Assembly (NCBI GenBank): GCA_002269645.1
Contig: NIVC01005054.1
Coordinates: 1 to 27,625 of the forward strand
DNA from: Macrostomum lignano
Lineage: Eukaryota
Length of the DNA stretch: 27,625 bases
Reading direction: 5' to 3'
A model generated the notes under the pieces. It saw only the letters and a program-made list of their open reading frames with translations, was not told the origin of the DNA and made no database searches. This document shows positions 1 through 10,564 of the stretch, piece by piece. How positions within the stretch are numbered: position 1 is the stretch's first letter; each line of letters opens with the position of its first letter. Position numbers and translations under genes: made by a program.

Positions 1-46
<46 letters not shown>

Positions 47-62
47 GATAGATAGATGGATA
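1..62 (+). repeat. (AGAT)n microsatellite, truncated by window edge
   Basis: Direct reading. Confidence 0.95.
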
Positions 63-193
63 GATACAGTAGATAGATGTATATATTGATAGACGTATTG
101 TATAATCCGTATTATGTTTCGACTTTTATCTTTTAAAATTAACAAACTAACTTACTACTATAAAAAAGCCGATAGTTAGTAGTACGATGCGCA

Positions 194-199
194 TTTATT
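194..199 (-). promoter_or_regulatory. Candidate polyadenylation signal (AATAAA on minus strand) for PDE4
   Basis: First TTTATT I found on + downstream of the stop at 1220, implying a 3' UTR of about 1 kb. Confidence 0.35.
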
Positions 200-1219
200 T
201 GTGCATCTTTTTCACAAACATATATTCGTCAAAATCTGATATGAAGACACTCACAGTTTATTCACAATACACAAGAGCTGGTGAGCACAATAAAAAGCAA
301 ACAGTAAAGCCAGAAATTCTGATCTCACTAAAACTCGCGCACAAATATTTCCGGTTTTTTGGGAGAGATGAGACAGTATATAGTACAAAGCAAATATGTC
401 ACTTTTCACTTTTTAAAGTGTTTGCAACTTTGTGCTGTTCAAGAAAAACACGCCAGTAGCCTAGTAGAATACAGTGCAAAGCATCTTACAAACAAAGAAA
501 AATACCAGGCATAAAAATAGGATTAGAATGCGCGATTTTCTGAGGTTTGCTTGTCCTTTTATGCCTCAATATATGATATTAATTATCGTCACACAGAATA
601 GAAAGCAATTAAAGTTCCATTGTCGCCTCCTCTATCTGCTTAAGCGCTATTGTAACTGGCCAATTTCCAACGAGGGAAGAACACAAAATCGCAGACCGTC
701 TCCTCGCTTCCCAATTTGAGTTTACACAACGCAACAGAAAAAATAGTAGGTGATGTCTATAGAATAATATTAGAGAGTATGGACGTAAAGCAACAATATA
801 TATTAGTTTCGAGAGACAGAGAGAGAGAGAGAGAGACAAGCGTCGCGGATTAACCGTCGGGGAACGGCTAAAAACTGAAGCAGTCTGCCCGCGGCCTTCA
901 CTTCACTGTTCTCACTGCCATTTTCATGGTCAACTTACATTTCCTGTCCAACTGAATAAAACCGTGATAAACGTGCGCCAATAAGTTGGTGGAGACATGC
1001 AGGCCACACAAAGACAACGGTGGTTACACAGCTTCAGTGATTGAATGTCAAATACGATAGGAAAAAGCTTCACAAATGTAATAACCTAAATTGTAACCAT
1101 CTTCATCAGCGATCGTGTCGCAACAGTTGAGTATAAGTACACTGATAGTGGGATAATCTTCCATAGAGAGTACTTCATGGGTTGTGGAGGGGCCTGGGAC
1201 TCAAAATTATTGGTTTCGT

Positions 1220-1408
1220 TTACGCTTGTTGCTTCTGCTGTTGCTGTTGCTGCTGCTGCTGCTGCTCCTCTGCCTCCCTGGTAGCTGACAGCTCCGAGTA
1301 GTGATCCCTGTTCTGCTCGAGAGTGCTCAGGATGTGCTCCGCGTCGGGATGCACCAGCTCAGTCCAAGCCTCCCAGAGCGGGTGAACAATAAAATCGATG
1401 AATGACAC
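1220..1408 (-). CDS. PDE4: PDE4/dunce cAMP phosphodiesterase, terminal coding exon ([15 protein letters not shown]...Q10-KQQA*)
   Basis: Acceptor ttcaag|GTG at 1409/1408 in phase 0 continues IEKSQ|[15 protein letters not shown], matching PDE4 SQVGFIDYIVHPLWETW. TAA stop at 1222-1220. Confidence 0.95.
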   Translation of the reverse strand: MSFIDFIVHPLWEAWTELVHPDAEHILSTLEQNRDHYSELSATREAEEQQQQQQQQQQKQQA

Positions 1409-1509
1409 CTTGAATGAGAGAACAAAGGACGTTTCATGTTTATTTTCGGGGTTACGCTCGCATTGCTCTACTCAAAGTTCTATTGCTCTTTCATGGGTTG
1501 TTTACTACG

Positions 1510-2527
<1,018 letters not shown>

Positions 2528-2583
2528 TGCGAGTAACGTCGGTGCGAGATTCGAAGATAAATTTTGCGTTTTCCCGTTCTCAC

Positions 2584-3309
2584 CTGAGACTTTTCAATAT
2601 TGGCCGTCTCTCGGCAGCACATCGGACTGACGGGCAGGCCGAGGGCCTTCTCCCGGTCGCCTTGGTTGAAGAACTCCTCCATGACTCGGGTCACCCACTG
2701 GGTGGACAGGGGCAACGGCTTGGCCGGATTGCTCAGGTCAGCGCAATGCACCATGTTCTGCATGATCTGCATCTTCTCGCTGTAGTTGTCCAGCTTCAGC
2801 AGACAGCCGCCAGCAACCTTCTTGGTCTCAACCATTGTCTTGAGATCGGCTAGCAGCGACATGTGCTTGCTCATATCGGTGGCCAGCACCATGTCAATCA
2901 CCATCTTGCGTAGTTGCTTCCTCTGTGAGTCGTCCAAATGTTTTAAGATGTTGCAATTCGGCTCCTGTAGCAATTTGAAAGCAACAGCGCAATGATGATT
3001 CTCCAACACGCTCATGTCGTTGTACATGATAGCCAACTCGTTCTCCGTATTGATCAGGAACTGGTTGGTCACCCCCGGATGGTTCACGTCGTGGATGGCG
3101 CAGGCGAAGATGCTGGCTAGAATCTCCAGATCTGAGAATACGTTTACTAGAGAGGCGGCATTCAGCAGGACATGCGTGCTCTGAGTGACGTCGGCCGCGT
3201 GAACGGCGTTGTGATAGGGATTGTCCTTCTTGTAGTGCTCCTCGATGCCGGTGAAATAGTTGACTAGGGTGCTAGGATGTATTCGAAATTTGCTAAGGAA
3301 ATCGCGTTT
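2584..3309 (-). CDS. PDE4: PDE4 catalytic-domain exon (726 nt, 242 codons)
   Basis: Acceptor tttcag|AAA (3310/3309) and donor CAG|GTGAGA (2584/2583), both phase 0. Encodes class I PDE motifs [43 protein letters not shown] and the invariant Gln in EKSQ. Confidence 0.97.
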
Positions 3310-3454
3310 CTGAAATTTATATTTCAAACAGAGAAAAATATTAGATTTTATCTTGTAGCTTTCGTAATTCGTATCAAGAATAAATTTATGCGATTCTCTA
3401 CAGTGTAAATCGCAGGATATTAAAGTGATAGGCAAACCGAAAGGCTATCTATCG

Positions 3455-3905
3455 GAGTGAAAGTCTGAGCGAGTGACAGGCTAGCTGAGTGAAAGTCTGA
3501 CCGAGTGACAGGCTAGCTGAGTGAAAGTCTGACCGAGTGACAGGCTAGCTGAGTGAAAGTCTGACCGAGTGACAGGCTAGCTGAGTGAAAGTCTGACCTG
3601 AAGTGACAGGCTAGCTGAGTGAAAGTCTGACCTGAAGTGACAGGCTAGCTGAGTGAAAGTCTGACCTGAAGTGACAGGCTAGCTGAGTGAAAGTCTGACC
3701 GAGTGACAGGCTAGCTGAGTGAAAGTCTGACCGAGTGACAGGCTAGCTGAGTGAAAGTCTGACCTGAAGTGACAGGCTAGCTGAGTGAAAGTCTGACCTG
3801 AAGTGACAGGCTAGCTGAGTGAAAGTCTGACCTGAAGTGACAGGCTAGCTGAGTGAAAGTCTGACCTGAAGTGACAGGCTAGCTAAGTGACAGTCTGACC
3901 GAAGT
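3455..3905 (+). repeat. 32/34-bp minisatellite (GAGTGAAAGTCTGACC[G/TGA]AGTGACAGGCTAGCT), about 13-14 copies
   Basis: Direct reading; lies in intron 3310-3956. Confidence 0.95.
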
Positions 3906-3956
3906 TAATAATACCAGTAAATTTTCAGCAATAAATCACTTATTCACTAAACTCAC

Positions 3957-4342
3957 CTCAAAGATGGAAAATACAACGGTAACCAAGGGGTGCTGATTTG
4001 AAAGCTGATCAACTCGGAATATATCAATGCCCCATTTGTCCAAGCTCTCGTTGAACAGCACGCTGAGCTCGTCGGCGTGAGGCGTCTCCACGCCAAGTCG
4101 AGGCGGAATTGGGGCTTCGCTCAGACTCGGCGATCTCAAAGCCTGCACCGGGACTCGAGTCATGGTCGCTTGGGCTCCGTTCGCTTCCTTGGGCGAGCGC
4201 GGACCCTGCGGCTGCTGCAGCTGTTGCGCCTGCTGGCTACTTGACTCCGCGACTGCTGCTGCTGCGGCGGCTGCGGCGGCTGCTGCTGCTGCTGCGGCTG
4301 CGGAATCGGCAGCTACTCTGCCTTCCTCATCTTCATCTTTCT
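3957..4342 (-). CDS. PDE4: PDE4 exon: linker region 2 (16-Ala tract) plus start of catalytic domain (LDKWGIDIF...VFSIFE)
   Basis: Acceptor ccttgcag|AG (phase 1) at 4343/4342 and donor GAG|GTGAGT at 3957/3956 (phase 0). KWGIDIFRV and SIFE|KRDFL match PDE4 KWGL..F and TIFQERDLL. Confidence 0.93.
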
Positions 4343-4560
4343 CTGCAAGGTTTATTTTTTTTAAAATCAAAAGCATCGTTGTCGGTACTATGTTGATTAT
4401 GTTTAGATGTTCTTCGCAACAGTCACATTTTGGTGTTGATCCCATTCAACTTTCTGCTTATTGTTAGGAATGCAAGCTCTGTGCTTGGGGGGGAGGGGGG
4501 GGTTGAATCACAGGACAATTCCCATAGCTGCGACACACAGAAGATCGCTACGGTACTCAC

Positions 4561-4669
4561 CCAGAAAAGTTGACTTGATGTAGTTCTCAATTTGGTTAGC
4601 CGTAGAAGCGTTCGCTCCTCTGGGTCCACCGCTCATGCGTTCCAGCTCGATGTTGAGCAGCTTCTTGAA
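4561..4669 (-). CDS. PDE4: PDE4 UCR2 C-terminal exon (FKKLLNIELERMSGGPRGANASTANQIENYIKSTFL)
   Basis: Acceptor tttaacag|TTC and donor CTG G|GTGAGT; 109 nt, phase 0 to 1. Matches PDE4 FKRMLNREL...NQVSEFISNTFL. This frame is not in the ORF track. Confidence 0.93.
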
Positions 4670-4765
4670 CTGTTAAAGTTTGTGCAATTTGGGGAGCTTT
4701 GCGATAGAGAATATTACAGGAGGTGATGAAGCGTTGTCAAAAGGGTAAAAAACAGATTTATTTAC

Positions 4766-4881
4766 CTTGCTGGATGCCATGTCGGCAACGGATCGATGGG
4801 TTTGTACTGTCTCCAACTGTTCCAGACACCATTCCAGATCTTTTAGCGTCTTCTCTGCCAGAACCGCGTAATCTTCATCGT
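4766..4881 (-). CDS. PDE4: PDE4 UCR2 N-terminal exon (DEDYAVLAEKTLKDLEWCLEQLETVQTHRSVADMASSK)
   Basis: Acceptor aattcag|AC and donor AAG|GTAAAT; 116 nt, phase 1 to 0. Matches PDE4 [29 protein letters not shown]. Confidence 0.95.
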
Positions 4882-5080
4882 CTGAATTCGAATTTAATTA
4901 TTTATGCAAGTCCGTTGAAAAAGCAAATTTTCTTAAAACCAATTCCTTCTTCAGTTTTATAAATCACTTAATTCGAGTAAAATTGTCATGGACAAAGATG
5001 CCTGCTATGAATCATTTTTTTTCTCAAACTAACAAAAAGACGCAACAAAATAAAGGCTTCACAAAGATAGCAGGAATTCC

Positions 5081-8000
5081 CCCTAAACAGAAAGCATCCC
5101 CAAGATAGCAAGCATCTCTAAATAGCAAACATCCCCCAGATAGCAAGCATCCCCCCAGATAACAAGCATCCCCCAGATAGCAAGCATCCCTAAATAGCAA
5201 ACATCCCCCAGACAGCAAGCATCCCCCAGATAGCAAGAATCCCCCAGACAGCAAGCATCCCCCAGATAGCAAGCATTACCCAGATAGCAAGCATCCCCCA
5301 GATAGCAAACATCCCCCAGATAGCAAGCATCCCCCAGATAGCAAGCATCCCCCAGACAGCAAGCATCCCCCAGATAGCAAGCATCCCTAAATAGCAAACA
5401 TCCCCCAGATAGCAAGCATCCCCCAGATGGCAAGCATCCCCCAGACAGCAAGCATCCCTAAATAGCAAACATCCCCCAGATAGCAAGCATCCCCCAGATA
5501 GCAAGCATCCCCCAGATAGCAAGCATCCCTAAATAGCAAACATCCGCCAGATAGCAAGCATCCCCCAGATAGCAAGCATCCCTAAATAGCAAACATCCCC
5601 CAGATAGCAAGCATCCCTAAATAGCACACATCCCCCAGACAGCAAGCATCCCCCAGATAGCAAGCATCCCCCAGATAGCAAACATCCCCCAGATAGCAAG
5701 CATCCCTAAATAGCAAACATCCCCCAGATAGCAAGCATCCCCAGATAGCAAGCATCCCCCAGATAGCAAGCATCCCTAAATAGCAAACATCCCCCAGATA
5801 GCAAGCATCCCCCAGATAGCAAGCATCCCCCAGACAGCAAGCATCCCCCAGATAGCAAGCATCCCTAAATAGCAAACATCCCCCAGACAGCAAGCATCCC
5901 CAGATAGCAAGCATCCCCCAGATAGCAAACATCCCCCCAGATAGCAAGCATCCCTAAATAGCAAACATCCCCCAGATAGCAAGCATCCCCCAGATAGCAA
6001 GCATCCCCCAGACAGCAAGCATCCCCCAGATAGCAAGCATCCCTAAATAGCAAACATCCCCCAGACAGCAAGCATCCCCCAGATAGCAAGCATCCCCCAG
6101 ATAGCAAACATCCCCCAGATAGCAAGCATCCCTAAATAGCAAACATCCCCCAGATAGCAAGCATCCCCCAGATAGCAAGCATCCCCCAGACAGCAAGCAT
6201 CCCCCAGATAGCAAGCATCCCTAAATAGCAAACATCCCCCAGATAGCAAGCATCCCCCAGATAGCAAGCATCCCCCAGATAGCAAACATCCCCCAGATAG
6301 CAAGCATCCCTAAATAGCAAACATCCCCCAGATAGCAAGCATCCCCAGATAGCAAGCATCCCCCAGACAGCAAGCATCCCCCAGATAGCAAGCATCCCTA
6401 AATAGCAAACATCCCCCAGATAGCAAGCATCCCCCAGATAGCAAGCATCCCTAAATAGCAAACATCCCCCAGATAGCAAGCATCCCTAAATAGCAAACAT
6501 CCCCCAGACAGCAAGCATCCCCCAGATAGCAAGCATCCCCCAGATAGCAAGCATCCCCCAGATAGCAAGCATCCCCCAGATAGCAAGCATCCCTAAATAG
6601 CAAACATCCCCCAGATAGCAAGCATCCCCCAGATAGCAAGCATCCCCCAGATAGCAAGCATCCCCCAGATAGCAAGCATCCCCCAGATAGCAAGCATCCC
6701 TAAATAGCAAACATCCCCCAGATAGCAAGCATCCCCCAGATAGCAAGCATCCCCCAGACAGCAAGCATCCCCCAGATAGCAAGCATCCCTAAATAGCAAA
6801 CATCCCCCAGACAGCAAGCATCCCCCAGATAGCAAGCATCCCTAAATAGCAAACATCCCCCAGACAGCAAGCATCCCTAAATAGCAAACATCCCCCAGAT
6901 AGCAAGCATCCCCCAGACAGCAAGCATCCCCCAGATAGCAAGCATCCCTAAATAGCAAACATCCCCCAGACAGCAAGCATCCCCCAGATAGCAAGCATCC
7001 CCCAGATAGCAAACATCCCCCCAGATAGCAAGCATCCCTAAATAGCAAACATCCCCCAGATAGCAAGCATCCCCCAGATAGCAAGCATCCCCCAGACAGC
7101 AAGCATCCCCCAGATAGCAAGCATCCCCCAGATAGCAAGCATCCCCCAGATAGCAAACATCCCCCAGACAGCAAGCATCCCCCAGATAGCAAGCATCCCT
7201 AAATAGCAAACATCCCCCAGATAGCAAGCATCCCCCAGACAGCAAGCATCCCCCAGATAGCAAGCATCCCTAAATAGCAAACATCCCCCAGATAGCAAGC
7301 ATCCCCCAGATAGCAAGCATCCCCCAGATAGCAAACATCCCCCAGATAGCAAGCATCCCTAAATAGCAAACATCCCCCAGATAGCAAGCATCCCTAAATA
7401 GCAAACATCCCCCAGATAGCAAGCATCCCCCAGATAGCAAGCATCCCCCAGACAGCAAGCATCCCCCAGATAGCAAGCATCCCTAAATAGCAAACATCCC
7501 CCAGATAGCAAGCATCCCTAAATAGCAAACATCCCCCAGATAGCAAGCATCCCTAAATAGCAAACATCCCCCAGATAGCAAGCATCCCCCAGATAGCAAG
7601 CATCCCCCAGACAGCAAGCATCCCCCAGATAGCAAGCATCCCTAAATAGCAAACATCCCCCAGACAGCAAGCATCCCCCAGATAGCAAGCATCCCCCAGA
7701 TAGCAAACATCCCCCAGATAGCAAGCATCCCTAAATAGCAAACATCCCCCAGATAGCAAGCATCCCCCAGATAGCAAGCATCCCCCAGACAGCAAGCATC
7801 CCCCAGATAGCAAGCATCCCTAAATAGCAAACATCCCCCAGATAGCAAGCATCCCCCAGATAGCAAGCATCCCCCAGATAGCAAGCATCCCTAAATAGCA
7901 AACATCCCTAAATAGCAAACATCCCCCAGATAGCAAGCATCCCTAAATAGCAAACATCCCCCAGATAGCAAGCATCCCCCAGATAGCAAGCATCCCCCAG

Positions 8001-8596
8001 ACAGCAAGCATCCCCCAGATAGCAAGCATCCCTAAATAGCAAGCATCCCCCAGATAGCAAGCATCCCCCAGATAGCAAGCATCCCTAAATAGCAAGCATC
8101 CCCCAGATAGCAAGCATTCCCCAGATAGCAAGCATCCCTCAGATAGCAAGCATCCCCCAGACAGCAAGCATCCCCCAGATAGCAAGCACCCCTAAATAGC
8201 AAACATCCCCCAGATAGCAAGCATCCCCCAGATAGCAAGCATCCCCCAGATAGCAAGCATCCCCAGATAACAAGCATCCCCCAGATAGCAAGCATCCCCC
8301 AGATAGCAAGCATCCCCCAGATAGCAAGCATCCCCCAGATAACAAGCATCCCCCAGATAGCAAGCATCCCCCAGATAGCAAGCATCCCCCAGATAGCAAG
8401 CATCCCCCAGATAACAAGCATCCCCCAGATAACAAGCATCCCCCAGATAGCAAGCATCCCCCAGATAGCAAGCATCCCCCAGATAGCAAGCATCCCCCAG
8501 ATAACAAGCATCCCCCAGATAGCAAGCATCCCCCAGATAGCAAGCATCCCCCAGATAACAAGCATCCCCCAGATAGCAAGCATCCCCCAGATAGCA
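5081..8596 (+). repeat. 18-bp minisatellite (AGATAGCAAGCATCCCCC) with a 17-bp variant, about 3.5 kb
   Basis: Direct reading; it generates all the GGCLLS/GDACYL/WGMLAI ORFs. Confidence 0.98.
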
Positions 8597-8827
8597 ATTT
8601 AGAAGGAACAATATAGCTCGTATATAAATCAAGAGAATGCTTGTCGATATTTACTGTTCTATCACCCGCTGTTGGATTTGCCGCCAACCATACTGGAGTT
8701 ACAGTGTTCCTTACATTAATATTTCAAGAGAAAATTTCACACCTTGGAATTATAATTCCTAAGAATTGTCGGCTGTCTAGTAAACTTCAAAGCTTAAAAA
8801 AATCTATCTCAAAGAAGAGACACCTAC

Positions 8828-8893
8828 CGGCGTCGTTGGCTGCCGCAGCGCACCCAGTGGATCGTCCGGCACTGAAATGGCAGAAGAAATGCA
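8828..8893 (-). CDS. PDE4: Candidate PDE4 linker-region-1 micro-exon (66 nt from acceptor 8894/8893, or 44 nt from acceptor 8872/8871): ...AGRSTGCAAAANDA
   Basis: Strong donor CCG|GTAGGT at 8828/8827 and two pyrimidine-preceded AG acceptors (cttttttaag|, ccatttcag|). The frame leading into the 4881 exon reads RSTGC, resembling the vertebrate LR1 mini-exon RSPMC. Confidence 0.6.
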
Positions 8894-9490
8894 CTTAAAA
8901 AAGAGCCGGCATAATTAAGCACCCAGCTGGTAAATTCCCGGCTGGAAGTGTAATCTGCTCTTTTCAACCTGTCCCGTGAGGCGGAATATATTTTTCTAAC
9001 AAAACTCTTCTTAGGCGAAACAGTTTGTGTATAGTGCATTTCAGTGTATGCCGGGTGATTAATTGGCAAACCGCCAAGACTAAGTCCCAGATGCTGTAGA
9101 AGTTGGATCCTGTACTGCGCCAGCCTCCTAATTATTTGAAACAGATTGCGCTGATGATGCAGAGCGACCTCTAAATTAGTGATGAATACTGCATAGCCTC
9201 TTGGTGACTTTGCCTGAGGCTGAATGCTGATAGACATGTACGCTACAGGTATATGACTGATCAAAGGGATTTAGAAAGTGCCCTTGACTTTGGACTACTT
9301 TTTAATATGACAGACGCCTGATAGTAGTAGTGGCAGAGCTGCATTTCACAGCCTTGAAGCAGAAATGAACTGGGCATTGGAGGGGCTCTGCGACTTTGGG
9401 CTGAAAAAAGAGGGAAGAGAGAGGAGAAACCAAGGCATCCCTCCTCATCTCTCTTCCTCTCTTTCCAGTTCGTCTCTAGTTTCGTCTCAC

Positions 9491-9498
9491 TCCTTCAT
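9491..9498 (-). CDS. PDE4: Candidate short-isoform first coding exon end (ATG AAG GA|gtgaga)
   Basis: Phase-2 donor compatible with the 44-nt micro-exon acceptor (giving MKD-AGRSTG...). A perfect CRE lies about 135 nt upstream. Inference only. Confidence 0.3.
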
Positions 9499-9633
9499 CA
9501 GAAAGCGAGCAAGCGACCAGCTTTTGTGTGTGTGAGAGTTGCGTGAGTGAGTGTTAGCTATTGGTGTAGTGTGTGTGTTTGCCCATCTCCCCCTGCAGCA
9601 GTTCATGCTCTGGAATCTATTTTTAGATTGCAT

Positions 9634-9641
9634 TGACGTCA
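9634..9641. promoter_or_regulatory. Perfect CRE palindrome TGACGTCA
   Basis: Read directly; upstream (minus sense) of the candidate short-form start. Confidence 0.5.
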
Positions 9642-10083
9642 GCAAAACCCCGGGGCGTGTAGGGTGAGGTGGCAACTGGGGGGTGGGTGACTAAGCCCGC
9701 GTGTGTCTGCTTGGAGTGGGGTTGCATAAGTCAGACGGAATGGCATTGATGAGGCGGGGACCGACGGCTTTTCTAAGGACTTATAACACGGGGCTTGAAG
9801 TACAGAACTTTTAAAGCAAAGGGGTGGACTGTAATAAAAACAGCAAAATGCCTACAATCATAAAATTTATCATTTTTTGTTGCTACATAGAGACGGCCAC
9901 TTATGAAATTACTGTTTGTTTTGTTCTCTTCAAAACTAACTACATGTATTTAAACCAAATTTAGTTATGGTTTCGAATAGCCGATCAAATCTGATTTGTT
10001 CTTTTTCGATAGCACAATTTATGATGCTGGTTAACTACTCAAACTTATTTTATTAAGAGCACATATATACACATTTTTCTCAC

Positions 10084-10202
10084 CTGTCCCCCTGTGATTC
10101 TGCGCATTGTCAGCTCCAGTCAGAGTCTTCACGCTGTCGTAAACCGATCGCAGAGTGTGCAGCACTTGAGCAAATGGTGTCACAATCACCTCGTCGGAGT
10201 GT
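10084..10202 (-). CDS. PDE4: PDE4 UCR1 C-terminal exon ([28 protein letters not shown]...)
   Basis: Acceptor ctccctgtactctttcag|A (phase 2) and donor ACA G|GTGAGA (phase 1). Matches PDE4 [20 protein letters not shown]. Confidence 0.93.
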
Positions 10203-10564
10203 CTGAAAGAGTACAGGGAGCCTCTGCGTGACGGTGCATCTGAGAGTTGCGCGGCCACCGCCGCCGCAGCTGCTGCCACAGTTGACGGGTTCATGAGCTG
10301 ATGTCTACTAGTAGCAACAGTTGTTGCACCAACAGCAGCAGCAGCCGCCGCGCTAGACGAAGGTGGCAATTCTGCCAGCATTTCGTCGGACGCTTCGTCT
10401 GTAGTTGTCACCTCGGATGGCGCCTCTTTCTTTGGCTTCTCGGGCAGCTGCTGGTGCTGAGACTCTTCCGCGTCGCGGAGCTGCTGCTGGTGCTTGGTGC
10501 CGCCTCTGTTATCGCCTCTGTGGCAGGCGCAGAGGTTGCACAAAACCGACTTTGCGCCAGGCAT
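10203..10564 (-). CDS. PDE4: Candidate in-frame alternative N-terminus or exon extension contiguous with the UCR1-C exon (MPGAKSV...AAAAA...[10 protein letters not shown])
   Basis: 120 open codons from an ATG directly preceded by an in-frame TGA. Gln/Ala/Ser-rich composition like the gene's other exons. A second phase-2 acceptor (gcctgccacag|A) lies at 10518/10517. Confidence 0.55.

Noticed and set aside
4997-5008. Inverted degenerate copy of the 18-bp monomer left of the array
   Set aside because: It is only 12 nt with a mismatch, and no matching terminal structure or TSD was found on the other side.
5024-8687. Many GGCLLS/GDACYL/WGMLAI ORFs, and a CRISPR-like appearance of the arrays
   Set aside because: They are products of the 18-bp minisatellite. 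Units are head-to-tail with no unique spacers, no cas genes are present, and the context is eukaryotic.
8824-9264. 146-aa minus ORF as a PDE4 exon
   Set aside because: Its frame meets the 8828 donor in phase 2, incompatible with the phase-1 UCR2 acceptor, and it has no recognisable homology.
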